A DNA stretch of 55,284 nucleotides, counting the filler, from Circinaria calcarea (lineage: Eukaryota), in assembly GCA_051942165.1 (NCBI GenBank). It is 5 parts of 5 records of this genome, joined end to end, with 100 filler letters (N's around TTAATTAATTAA, not from the genome) between each part and the next. Parts side by side here need not be neighbours in the genome. Positions count along the whole stretch, not along the records: positions 22,182 to 33,157 come from JAVECS010000731.1; positions 33,258 to 44,224 come from JAVECS010000732.1; 3 more parts are not named here. One strand, 5' to 3'. Positions 25,436-37,443 of the stretch are shown in pieces. Numbering within the stretch: the first letter of the stretch is position 1; every line of letters begins with the position of its first letter. Under the pieces are notes generated by a model that saw nothing but the letters and a program-made list of their open reading frames with translations, made no database searches and had not been told where the DNA came from. Both the position numbers and the translations under genes were made by a program.

Positions 25436-26297
25436 CTACACCTTGCCCTTTATCCATATATTCATCCCGATCTTTGACCCTTCGCTCACTGGCAAGCCCG
25501 CATGCAGCACTCGTTCGTCCCCCGTCCCGTTGGCTCCGAGATTGATCCAGAATACCCCACTACCCAAATTGGGCATAACGGCGAGGCCAGTGCGATTTGC
25601 AGTCGTTGAGAAGCGATCCCCGTGCACGTTCTCTGGCGGAGCAGGTAGTCTAGGAAAATAGGTCGCCCCTGCGGTGCAATTTGCGTCGAGGTAGAGGAAA
25701 AAGCTTGCAATGCGGTTGTAATCCTCTCCGCTGGTGCTCATGAGGGGTGTCTCGAACCAGTCGTAGTGCATTGCAAAAAGCGCGGACGGTCCGTACTGGA
25801 CTAGCTGGAGTGCTTCGACGCCTAGGAAGGGGATGAAACCTATCAACATGAGCGCGCGTTGCTTGACGAGTGAGACAATAGCGTCGCCGGTTGGCAAGAT
25901 GCACGAGGAGGATGTGCGGTAGGATGGTGGCGGAGTTTCCTCGTCGTAAGGACTAGTGTAGACTTTGGATGGTTGGAAAAGGGGCTCTCTATATTAGGGT
26001 CAGCTTAAAAGCTCTGCAGTTTGCGGCGCGTAGCAAGGCTGTTTTTAACCCTAGCTTGACGAGGTACTCCGTCTCTCGTGGATGGAGGAATCCATCGAGG
26101 TAGATCATCAGTGGATCGATCGATAGAACCTGTGCGGTGTATCTATGGCTCGTAGAAATTGATATTAGGTCCTGCGGCACATTCGACTTCGATGAAAGCC
26201 ACGTTGTAGCAAGCAAAGAGCCTTGAAGCCATGATATGACGAGGCTGAGAGCAATTGCCATGACAGACATGTGCAACACATACTGCGTGCCCGACAT
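25436..26297 (-). CDS. Prolyl 4-hydroxylase-like Fe(II)/2OG dioxygenase
   Basis: Two exons. N-terminal signal/anchor, LSIDPLMIYLDGFL, RTSSS, EALQLVQY, HYD...LHAGLPVSEGSK (HxD..H..K, the P4H arrangement). Confidence 0.88.
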
Positions 26298-26494
26298 TGT
26301 TCAATAGCGCTGAGAGGCCAGGATAGGGATTCATTCAGGGAGAGCTGGGGAGACAATGGCTCCCACAAGCATCGATTTCAGAACTTGGGCAGTGGTATGC
26401 ACGTCATGTAATTTTAAGGTATGGCAACGGGAGGCAAAGGCCTAGTTCTGTCTTCGTACTCTAGGTGGAGAGCTAATGTGCAGAGCTCACTTTC

Positions 26495-27415
26495 TTAAGC
26501 CACAAGGCCGTGAAACGGCGCATAGCGTCGCACTTTGCCTTCTGTGACACCATACTCGATCTCCGCCTCGTCAAGTATCCTGGCGTCGAAGAACGCTTTG
26601 GCCTCCGTCCAGTCGCCTTGCAGCAGCGCAGCCTGGACCTTATCCCGCGATTACAGCATAAACTCCAGCATGTTCGGAAACCGGTCATCGTCGAGCCAAT
26701 AATTCGAAAACGTGCCGTAAAGCTTGAATTTTGCCGCCCAGGCTTCGAATGATGGATAAGGATAGTGTAGGAGGACGGGGTATTGTCCTTCTGCCTCTTT
26801 CCTGGAACCCTCTTCCTGCTGAGATGCAGGCAAGGTTATAGCGACGCCCTCGTAGCCCACGAACCTGTGTGGTCCGTTAGGCACCACATTCCGGCTTAGC
26901 CTCACGGCCGATTTGCCGTTCCCATACGCCATGAACGCCTTGTCGCTATTCACGCTGAACCAGACACAGTCCATAAACGCATTGCTCGTAGGATGCGAGA
27001 TAGGAATAGCCTCGTGATTCGTGAACGTGACGTGGCCGACGCCCGGGCAAGTCCGCCAGCTTGTGTGACCGTTCTCAAACAGGACCTCATCCTGGTCGAT
27101 ATGCAGCAGCCACCAGCCGTCCGGCTTGTCTGCATGCTGCGCTGGCTGCGTCTGGTCGAGCAGGAAGGATATTGCGTGCTTGAGATTGCTGTTCTGGCGC
27201 AGGCGTAATCGATTGGAGCGAGCCATACGTGGGGCGTCCATTGCGCCGTCGAACAATCTTACGGCTCGGCCCACACACAGACTCTCGAAGATGGGCCGCC
27301 TGGTGGGATCGTCGATGTAGATAATCAGTAATTTACAGCGCTGAAGGTGATAGTCCAGCCAGATAACGAAACTGAGCGCGGGCTCTAGGATCGTGGTGAC
27401 GATTGCGAGGGCCAT
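26495..27415 (-). pseudogene. GT-A fold glycosyltransferase-like protein (KOBITO1/ELD1-like) with premature TAA near C-terminus
   Basis: Intronless. WLDYH..IIYIDDP, RQNSN, WLLHIDQDE (DxD), AYGNGKSAVR, PNGPHRF, VLLHY. TAA at 26651-26653, after which the frame continues (SRDKVQAALL...GLVA*) to 26495. Confidence 0.75.
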
Positions 27416-27596
27416 GGCTAGAGGTAGAAATGGAGAGTTTGTAACCGAGAGAGAGAGACAGACTTTGGGCTCTCGCAGCCTTGAAGACTAACGGATGCTT
27501 TTCCATTCTACGGCTACTTTTGCAGCTCAAAGCAGTCCGAGTTGTCGTGAGAGGGCCAAGGCGCTATATTTTCGTGTCACTACATGCAGTCATCCT

Positions 27597-30500
27597 TTAT
27601 GACTCTTTGGCTCTGCCGCTCGCCTCCCATGCCGCCTTCGCCAGCGCCAGCAGATCATCCTTGTCCATAGCAGCCTCACACATGCTCTTGAACATGCCAC
27701 CCTCCCTCTGGAGAAGCTTCCAAGGATGGTCGAATTCCATAACCTTGCCACGGTCCAACACGATGATCCTATCGTGTTCCACCACTGTTCGAAGTCGGTG
27801 AGCGACTGTAATGACCGTGGACCCCATTTTCCTGATACATCCCTGGATCTTGAGGTCCGTTGTATGGTCGATTGAGGCGGTAGCTTCATCCAGGATCAAT
27901 ATGCTTGACGCTTTGAGGATAGCACGCGCGATGCAAATAAGTTGCCGTTGTCCCTGGGAAATGTTGGAGCCTGACTCGGCAAGAACAAAGGACAGGTCGG
28001 CGAACTTATTGGTTATGGCGGTCGAATCCTGCGGCTTGCTGTGCTTCGACCCAGATCGTGAAGGTGCTCGGGCCAGTCCGCCGCTGTAAGATTCAAGTAA
28101 TCCGACGTTATCGAGAGCGCGGAGTACCTCCTCATCGGTGTGCTCGTCGCATGGGTCCAAGTTGAAACGTAAAGTACCCGCAAATAGTATTGGGTCTTGA
28201 GGTACAGTGGCTAATCTTTGGCGCAGAGCACGCAGGCCAATGTTTTTCGTGTCTACGCCGTCGATGCGGATCTGTCCGTTTTCAACTTCAAGCCCGCGCA
28301 GAAGGGTGAGGACAATGCTGGATTTGCCCGCACCAGTGCGACCGACAATACCGATCTTTTCAAGCGGTTTGATAGCGAAACTAAGTTCGCGGAGAATCTG
28401 ATCTAGGCCTGGAGCATAGCGAGTCGAGACGTTGTCGTATTCGATTACTCCCGTTCTAGGCCAGCCCTCGGATAGATTTGTGTTGTTCATAACTGCTGGT
28501 GCTTGCTGTGGAATATCAATGTACTTTTGAACACGTTGTAGTCTGTAGATATATGTCAGCATTCGAACACCCAAGCGTTGACCGCGACAGGACTTACGCA
28601 GTCACATTCTGCAAGTTTGAGGAATGATACCGCACGAGCCAGAGTACGTGTTCGGAGAACACAATGGCATAGGACATGCTCAGCCCGATTGCCCCCGCAC
28701 TGAGCTTGCCTAAACTCGAGATGGCAAATGAACTTGCGAATAGGGATACAAAGGCACCTATAAGACCAAGTCGAATCGAAAGCCATCTCTCCGTAGCTGC
28801 CGCAAAGAAAGAAGGCCTGTTGGCTCTATCAATTTGAGTAAAGTTACCCGCCGAGTACTGACCCATGGCGCCAAACGCGCGAATGGTGGTGACGCCTGAG
28901 AGCGTCTCACCAAGATGCTGGAAAAGAGGCGCGCGTTGGCTCGATTCAAACTCTTTGAGGTCGCGCGATGCAACAATGTAAACGGCGCCAATGAGGTAGT
29001 AGGCAATACTGATCGGAACTCCCGGGACAAGAAAACTGGGCGTAGTCATCGCTATGAGTATGACAATACCTGCGAGCGCTCCTAGAAAGTGCAAGGTTGC
29101 GATGATGAGCACAGCGAGGTGCTGGTCGACAATCTGCAAGTCTGTGGAGAACCTGCCAATGATCTGGCCGAAAGAGGTATCGTTGAAGAAGATGAAGCTG
29201 GCGTTCATGATAGACTTTATAAGCCGTCGGTGTATCACAGCTGAAGCCTGGAGAGAGCCAAAGGATACCAGGAACAGTCTCAGTAGGCCTACTACCATGT
29301 AAAGGCCAATAATGAGGCCATACATGCCAAAGTAGTAGGTAAGATTAATCCTCTTGGGGCTGAGCTGACAATCGTAGCTACTCTCAGACCGCATGCCATC
29401 CGAGTATTCCTTGGTAGCTTGCTGTCCTGCTTGCGTGTATGCATCGGATAAGTTCCGAACCCACCAGTTGGTGGCAATGGCTCCGAATTGCTGACCTATA
29501 AAGGAGAACACAAGCAGTGGCCAGAAGCTCCAGCCACCCATGCTAGCGAAATACCTAAAGATATCGCGCCACGAGAGCTTTTCATTTCGCTGAAGTTCCT
29601 CGGTAACAGATACGTCTCCATCTGGTCGATCCGCGTCCTCCTGCTGGATAACATCGTGTTTTTTCTTAATCTTTTCCGGTCTTGTTTTAGCTCCTAGAGG
29701 AGTGTCGGAAAATTGGTGGTTTCTTTGACTGCCCTGATCATCGTTATTCGTAGTGAACGAATTGTTGAGTGGGAAATGGAGGCCGAGTTTTGCAAGGTCA
29801 CTCGGGGCCCCCGCTGCAGCCACTTTTCCGTTCTCGAGAGCGACTAAAAAACGGGCATCAGCTGCAGCAAGAGCCAAGTTGTGGGTGACCAGTATACAGG
29901 TTCGGCCCTTGAGAAGAGATCCTTTGATACAATGTTGAAAAATCCATGCGGCAGTATGAGCGTCCACGGCACTGAGGCAGTCATCGAGAAGTAGATGACA
30001 GGCGTTTGAATAAGTAGCTCGCGCCAGCGCAATCCGTTGTTTCTGTCCGCCGGATAGGGAAATACCACGCTCGCCTACCTGTGTGCGCTCGCCTTGAGCA
30101 AGATCTTTGAGGTCAATGGCGAGCGCGCAAGCATCCAGAACCGCTCTATAACGCTCCTCGTTGTAAGGACTGCCGAACAGGATGTTATTACGGATTGTGT
30201 CATTGGTCAGCCAAGCTTCTTGTGCGCAATATGCTACGGCGTCGATTAGGCCAGAGTCTAGATCAACTGGTAAATCCTCACGGTTCACAGCTGCGGGCAT
30301 GCGCACGGCTCCTTTGATAAGTGTCATTTCGCCCAGCAGGGCCAGTAGCATTGAGGACTTGCCGCTGCCAGTCGGCCCGGTAATAATATTGAGCTGTCCG
30401 GATGCAAATTTGATGTTAAGATCTCTTAGAGTAAATTCGTTGCTGACATCGGAATGATCTTTTGAGGTACCGTTGATAACGTAATCCTCTGCGGAAGAGT

Positions 30501-31952
30501 CCCAGCCGAATGTGGCATGCTCGAAGCCAATTTCCGATGAAAAGTAGAGCCGCTGTTGAGGGAGTTGCTTATACTTGCCCGTCTCAGGTTCCTTCAAGAA
30601 AATTTCGACCCGCCTGACAGAGACGAGAGCGTCCTGAATACGAGCAAGCATTCCGACAAACTCGTCTAGGGGTGTTTTGAGAAGGTTGAAATATGAAAGT
30701 GAGGAAAATGCCAACGAGGGAGTCAGAGGCTTCCCCTCTATGATAGCGTAGACAAAGAACGATGTGAAGGTAATAAGCAAGGGCATACTATACCAGATGG
30801 TTGCAGCAATGGACCAAAGAATATATCGAGCGCGTAGAGCTCGAAGTTCTTCTGTTCTTTTCTCATCGATTCTCTGCTCAAAGCAAGACTCCCAAGCAAA
30901 GAATTTGATGACACGAATACTGCGGACCATTTCGGTCGTGCTCTGGATCCTTCGGTCCGATGCGGCCATGACTTGCAGCTGAATCGCGCCAAACTGTCGA
31001 GTAATTTGAGAGTTCAGCGGCACCACGGCGGTCATTAAAGCAACGCCAGCAAGGGCACTGAAACCTAGCGTGGAATACAGCAAAGAAATAGCTATAAGGA
31101 TTTGCACCGGAACTGATCCCCAGACTTGATGCATGCTGGCTCCTGCATCGGCAATTTTGAAAGCGTCCGTGGTAAGGAGGTTCATGATGGTTGCGACATC
31201 AGCCTGCGGGGCCGTTTCGGTTCCTGGCGGTGACTTTTCCGTTCTCTCAGACAGGGAGGAGGCAATTCGCCGTCTCAATGCTTTAGCGTATATTTCGCTG
31301 ATTATGATTGACCTCAAGCGGAAACCGATCTTCTGCCCGATCCACAAGGCACGACCTTCTGCAACGGCCGCTAAGATGCTGGTAAAGAACAGAAGAGCCA
31401 CATAGAGCCACGCTTGCTCCACAGTGATCTTACTCTTGTCTTCCACGTACTGCAAGATAGTCTGAAGGAGCAAAGTTGGAACAAATATGAGCACTCCGTA
31501 CAGAATCGCCCAGATTGATTGGATTGCGAACAACTTTTGAAAGTGTCTAAGCAGGCGGGATAGAAGACTAGGACCTTGACTATACATGGATCAGCTAAGC
31601 TCTAAATCTCAAAAGTGAAGAAAGGGATTATAGCTAACCTGGCTTCCTGAAAGGCATAGGCATTGGCGCTCGCGATATCTGCTGAGCCTAGGGAAGGCAT
31701 ATCTTGGAGCTTCAGTCCTCGGTTGTGCCAACCTTTTAACAGAAGACTATCCATCCAAGCAAAACTCAACTCGCCTAGTGTTGTTGCACAGAGCTCCCGC
31801 TCTGGCCTGCGCCATGTCAGAGCAGTAATGAGCACGAGCGCCATTGTTATGATCAATGCAAGATGAGACTCTTGTAAGGCGAGTTGCACCTTGGTGACGG
31901 TAGTGCTCCACTCCATCATCAATTGGCGGCTTTCCGGTATTGAGGGGAGCAT
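27597..31952 (-). CDS. ABCC/MRP-type ABC transporter (Ybt1-like)
   Basis: TMD-NBD-TMD-NBD. Walker A GPTGSGKS and GRTGAGKS, signatures LSGGQKQR and ISQGQRQ, lasso motif LSFAWMDSLLLKG. Two introns. Confidence 0.93.
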
Positions 31953-33157
31953 TCAATAGTAGGTGATCACGATGAAAGTAAGCATGCATATGCCTGTATC
32001 CTAAGGACCGTACTGCGAGGGAAGGAGATCGGAGGCGGATTCTCCTATATTTGGCAAGACGTGTGGGGGGAAAAAAAGGCATGGAGATGTGGTTAGAAAA
32101 TGGACGTACAAACATAGGTGGGTAGTTACCTCGAGGGGGGCACACCAAGCAGCTAGCGTTTGCATAGATAAATACGGTGGCATGAATCGAGGTTAGTGCA
32201 ACGTACTACGGTGGCATGAATCGACGTTCCGGCAACAATGATTTTTCGAGATTTTTTTTCGGAAAACCAAAATCGCTTTTCGACTTCGCGCACGCCAGTT
32301 TCTATCGTTCCTATTATAGTGTTGAACTTTACGAGGTTGGTAGATACTCGATAAAGCGTGATAGAATGGGGCACTGTGGAGCGTCTCTTATTACGTAGTC
32401 ACAATGCGGTATGTGAGGCAGTTCATGTATCGTATTCTGTCAAACCTTTGCGGTTAGATCCTCGGGCGGACGTTATTCCGCCCGTGCCCACACATAGATA
32501 GATTCTTCTGCTGCGTTACACACGCAGCATAGCAGACCATACACACGCACTTGTAGCAGCAGTTATTCTCTCGCTCCTTTATCAATGCCATAGTGACTCA
32601 GTAGCTTGACATATTCCTGTATGGGCGGAATTTATATGAAAGTGTGAAAAGTCTATGGAATTATGAGGCAGAAAACAACGCTTTTATGTGTGTTACGTGA
32701 AGGCGCTAATACTTCGCATATTACACTCCCGAGTCTACACTCGCGAGATCACGTGCATAGTGCTAAGTTCGACATATAGTAATTACTATGGCAGCAGCGA
32801 CAGCGCATATAATTAAATAGCTAGCTTGAGATAATACTGTTACGAAAGCAAATCTCTGTGTCAGGGCGCTGCAATCCTTGGGCTCAATGAGGAATATGTT
32901 AAGTCCCGATTGGTGATAGCACGGTTACATAGGGTGTAGTCGATCTGTTGCCCTAGGCTCAATAGTATGGAGTCTATTGAACACGGTCTATAAGCATGCT
33001 ATTCTAATGAGCGCAGAACAGCCTGCCTATATACTGAGGTTGCTTCCCTTGCTCCCGTTGCTCCCGTTCTGCCCGTCGTGAGCAACCGCACTGCTCCCTA
33101 TGCTCCCTATGGTTACACAGAGCACCAGTGTAAGCAACCCGGAGTATTGTTCCTCCC

Positions 33158-33257
33158 NNNNNNNNNNNNNNNNNNNNNNNNNNNNNNNNNNNNNNNNNNN
33201 NTTAATTAATTAANNNNNNNNNNNNNNNNNNNNNNNNNNNNNNNNNNNNNNNNNNNN
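33158..33257. other. Artificial contig linker
   Basis: N44-TTAATTAATTAA-N44. Confidence 0.98.
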
Positions 33258-33848
33258 CGAGTGCAACGAGACATACCTATGCCTTTAGTAACATCAGGCG
33301 TCGAGAACGGCAACCTGAGAGAGCTAGCCCTGAGCCGGATGAAGGACTTCGGTACTACGTGTCGAGATGTACGCACACGTGAAGTCGGCATCAACGAAGT
33401 CAAGCACAAAATCCGGCCTTCGCAGGTTGAGCTAGTCCGACGAGACTATGCTGCAAACGGTGGCTGGGAAACTTTCTTAGCGTACGAGGATCCGAAGCAA
33501 GATATCCTGATCGCCCTTCTACGTCTCCGTAAATGCAGTGAGACACATACTTTCAGACCAGAACTCACATCTCAACCTACGAGCCTGGTGAGAGAGCTAC
33601 ATGTGTACGGATCGGCCGTGCCCGTTCACGCACGGGATCCACGGAAGTTCCAGCATCAAGGGTACGGGACGTTGCTGATGGAGGAAGCGGAAAGGATAGC
33701 AAGAGATGAGCATGGCAGCAAGAAGATCAGTGTTATCTCAGGCGTGGGGGTCAGGAGCTATTACGCTAAACTTGGGTATACCCTAGAGGGACCATATATG
33801 TCAAAGATGCTTGAGCGGGCGGATGGAGAAGATAGCGATGACGAGTAA
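33258..33848 (+). CDS. ELP3: Elongator subunit 3, 3' part (5' truncated by contig start)
   Basis: [47 protein letters not shown]. Confidence 0.97.
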   Translation, partial: RVQRDIPMPLVTSGVENGNLRELALSRMKDFGTTCRDVRTREVGINEVKHKIRPSQVELVRRDYAANGGWETFLAYEDPKQDILIALLRLRKCSETHTFRPELTSQPTSLVRELHVYGSAVPVHARDPRKFQHQGYGTLLMEEAERIARDEHGSKKISVISGVGVRSYYAKLGYTLEGPYMSKMLERADGEDSDDE

Positions 33849-34172
33849 TGATATGCTATCCATGCTTGAACGATACGACTTGGGGTCGTTACGACGCTGC
33901 ATAGGCCATGATGGACGTAGCATATGGGCGCAAACTGGCAAGCCAAGTTTAATAGCATAGCGTTGGCGCAAGAGATTAGGAAATGTTTGAAAATGAACCT
34001 CTATGGACATTCCTACCAGAAATCTTGTTTAGATATAGCAAGCCAGCACCAAATTGCCGGTAACAAAGCGCCCCAACTCGAAGCCATGGAATATTCACAC
34101 GTCTCCCAAAAGAATCTCCCGGCGCCTCATTAACGTTTCCCTTGAAATGACTCAAGCGCCTGCCTCGTAACT

Positions 34173-34798
34173 CTAATACAGCGCTATCGATCCTCGCTTG
34201 CTTTCCCGTACGTGGAGGTAAGCTTGAAAACTGCAGAATATGAGGAAGGCCTACGGCATCACATTATTGTGTCAGAGAGTCAACTTGGGATGAGGGAGAG
34301 ATGTGCCGTAGGAAAAGGGTGCGGTAAGGAAAATGGAAGGGGAAGGTGATAAGCGGCGGAGACTCACGGCGTAGACTGCCACGGCGACGAAAATGCTTGC
34401 TGCTACAGGTCTTCCGTCTTTTGGATCTTCGATTGATCCGACCATGCTGTAGTGGTTGGCCTATCAAGAGCAGAGATATGTCAGCGCTTGTATAACCCCT
34501 CTCATCCATCCTTCGGCCCACCACCCGAGCAAAAAATTTCCTACGAGGTCTTCCAGAGCCTTTCCATGTCTTCACATGTGTATGGGGATCCGTATCAGGA
34601 AGAGAGGTTAGGTTGGGACGATCAGGGGAGAGATGTACATTGAACAAGGCCCCGATGGTAGAGAGGATAATAATCGCGGCGACCGAAACGACCACACTGT
34701 CAAAGATCACTGTCAGCAAAAGTGACTCAAAGGCTTCCCGGGTATGTGTAAGAATAATACCAGCTCCAGGCATTCAGTGCGGACACGACGGGCTTCAT
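34173..34798 (-). CDS. V-ATPase V0 subunit f (RNase kappa / yeast YPR170W-B family)
   Basis: Four hand-spliced exons give MKPVVSALNAWSCVVVSVAAIIILSTIGALFNANHYSMVGSIEDPKDGRPVAASIFVAVAVYAAFLIFCSFQAYLHVRESKRGSIALY*. Two TM helices. Confidence 0.85.
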
Positions 34799-35543
34799 GG
34801 CGCAGGATGGGAGCCCGGTGACGAGGCTCGGGGGTTCGGCTGGGGTTGTGGGTATCGGAAATGAATGTGACGAGCGAAATATGATGTAGTGGTCGGTGGT
34901 CTAGGAGGTGAGAGTACAAAAAGAAGATTTAAGGTGGAAGGCGACTTGATGGGGGTTTGCAAAGCTTCGCGAGCCTCGACGTTATGCGTCGTCGGTTACG
35001 GACTAATGGCAAAAGATTGGGGGGTGGGATGGAGATTCGTTGGAGGGCGGCTACCATATTAGCGCCCTTTTCGGGCTTTAGCCTTAGATCCTCACCATCC
35101 ATCACGAGGGGACACCTTCCGATTTGTTATTGTGCAACTGCTACTCATGTGACAATACGGCATGACCATTCAATATTGTCCATGCTTGCCCATTTGGGGA
35201 ATAAGGGAATAAGGGAAAACGGAAAAGAGGGTCCGATGTGAAGCTTTGTGATTTGGTGTCACATTACGCTGGGGAAAAGTGGACAAGTGGAAAAAGTTGC
35301 GATATCTAGTTTTAATATTCCGCGGGGTATCGGGAGGTATAAGGGATTCAACAAACATGATTAGGAGACGGCGTTTGGAGTAAGGAAGGGGGAGAAAAGA
35401 GTAAAAAGAGTACCTTGGGGAGAGGTGATGATGGAAAGAGGAGATGATAAAAACCGAGCTTTTTTCTTTATTACTAGGTAACACAAGCATCAGCTACCTA
35501 AAGCACAAAGTCCCTACTCCCTTCCCCTATCCCTCATGCCATC

Positions 35544-37203
35544 CTACCGCCTCTTCGGAACCATGACCCTTGCCTTGGGAAACTCCAACGGCAAGCGGAG
35601 TTTCGCGATCCCATGTGCCAGGCGTTGGCCCTTTGAGAGGTTTAGCCGTGCTAGCTCCGATTCCGTGGGGGTGCCGTAGCGGCAACCGAGTTCGCGGAAG
35701 TATTGGGAGATGCTGTGGGGAACAGGGGGGCTAAGTAAATGAAATACTTTGGGTGGCTTGGGCCGGAAGGGTGGGAATGGTCAAAGGAAGGGAAAGGGAG
35801 GGAAAGGGAGAGAAGAAGAACAACGACTTACATTTTCGGCTCTAGTTTGAGGTCTTCTCGCAGGTCGTACGTGTCGATTTCATAGTTGTCGACTGCGAGG
35901 GCCAAGGCACAGATGTGTGTCATTAGGTTGTCAATGGCCCATTTGTTTAGAGTCCTGTGAGGCGGTTTCAGTAGGGAGCGCTATTCGAATGACTACTGTT
36001 ACTCACATCTCTGGCGCAAATCGTTTCCTCACCCCCTCCAGGGTCCCCTCGCCTATTTCTGGACCGACCGCCTTCCCAATAGCCTCGTTTCCGGGAAACT
36101 TCTTGCCTCCCTTCGACCCTGGTTTCAGGGCTGCATTCCAATCGAGCAACAGGAGTAAAAATCTCAACGTCTTCAACCTCATCACATCTTCGGTTTGTAC
36201 AATCCGTACCAGTCTCCGCGAAACAAATCTGCTGCTGGTTTTGACATCCTCGCCCTTCCTCACCGCCTCTTGCCAATTCCTCACACTTAAAACTCGGAGA
36301 GCATCCAGACCCACTAGATCCTCAACCTTGTAGACATCCGCAGGTGTTTCGGCATCGAGGTTCGGTCTTGGTCTTGGCTTGCCTTCGTCGACCACGGCCT
36401 GAAGCTCTTCGCGAGAGGGTATGGTGGTGGAGGATTGAGACATCGATTCTATAACTGCGGACGCTGCGGGGTCCAGAGAGCGATTCTGAGTGGGTTTGGA
36501 CGGAGAGGTAATGGCATTTTCGGTTATGGCGCGGATGGCTTTCTGGGATTTCTTGGTACCAAAGGCTTGGCCAAGAACAGAGCGAGCGGATAGTTTCTAG
36601 ATTGTGGTGTCAGTGTGCTATTTGGAACTTCTCTACAAGAACAAAAGTACATTAAGGGGAGCCGCCTCGTCTTCGGTGCCATTGACCGTCGTTTCAGATC
36701 GTAAGACCCCGCGAACCACAAGCTTCCGGGCTTGTACCAATTGCAAGTCTCCGGTTTTGGGATCGTAAACACCGAGATAATGCTTTAGCAAGCTGTCCGC
36801 CCCGCTGTATTCCTCTTCCCGAGCGGTGTAATCAATTTTAGGATGAGCTGAGGTATGCAAGAGGAGCTCGGTAGTTGATATTGCGGTCCTTCCAGCCCCT
36901 GTATGGTGATCATCTCGGGGTTTCGTGTATACCTCGAGGGGTACGTTTGTAGGAACGTTCAGTCCAGGAGTAGTCGCTTTTCGTAGTCAGTTATGGGAGA
37001 TACGCTTTCCAACTTGGATAGGTAAACACCAATCCACTAATGTAGTACCTAGAAAAGTAGAATGACATACCAATCACAGGAGCCCAGTCCCCTACATTCT
37101 GCAGAATGGAGAAATTGACAGTCTGCGAGGTAGACTCCGTCACCCTCTTTTTCCTCGGGCGTTCACCTTCCTCGTGCCTTTGTTTTCTCTTCTTTTCTGA
37201 CAT
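35544..37203 (-). CDS. RPA49: RNA polymerase I subunit A49
   Basis: Multi-exon. IDYTARE, HYLGVYDP, LGQAFGTKKSQKAI, PNLDAETPADVY, YFRELGC, AKLRLPLEFP. Confidence 0.88.
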
Positions 37204-37443
37204 TGTTTCTCCAGGTCATAATAATTGAGCACTCGATAGGCATCCCTTCTCTAAAGTAGATCAGTACGAGCTGTATTACGGTTTACGGAATTATTTCCGG
37301 GGATAGATAATTTTACCAGAATCTCCCGAAGATCACCCGGTGTCGCAAGGCCGTTGCGACAGCTCCAATGGATGCCCACCACCATATTAAAAGCCTGACT
37401 CATTCTCCTGTGCAATTGTACCGTTATTGAAAATTGTTTTTAT

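Noticed and set aside
11606..31952. One large super-cluster joining the P450/methyltransferase genes with the DUF3328 RiPP genes
   Set aside because: They are separated by an artificial linker at 22082-22181 between size-sorted contigs, so there is no evidence of physical linkage.
32173..32224. 18-bp direct repeat TACGGTGGCATGAATCGA x2 upstream of the ABC transporter
   Set aside because: Only two copies and no matching inverted end found. Not a CRISPR array and not a supportable element, though it may be a TE-end relic.
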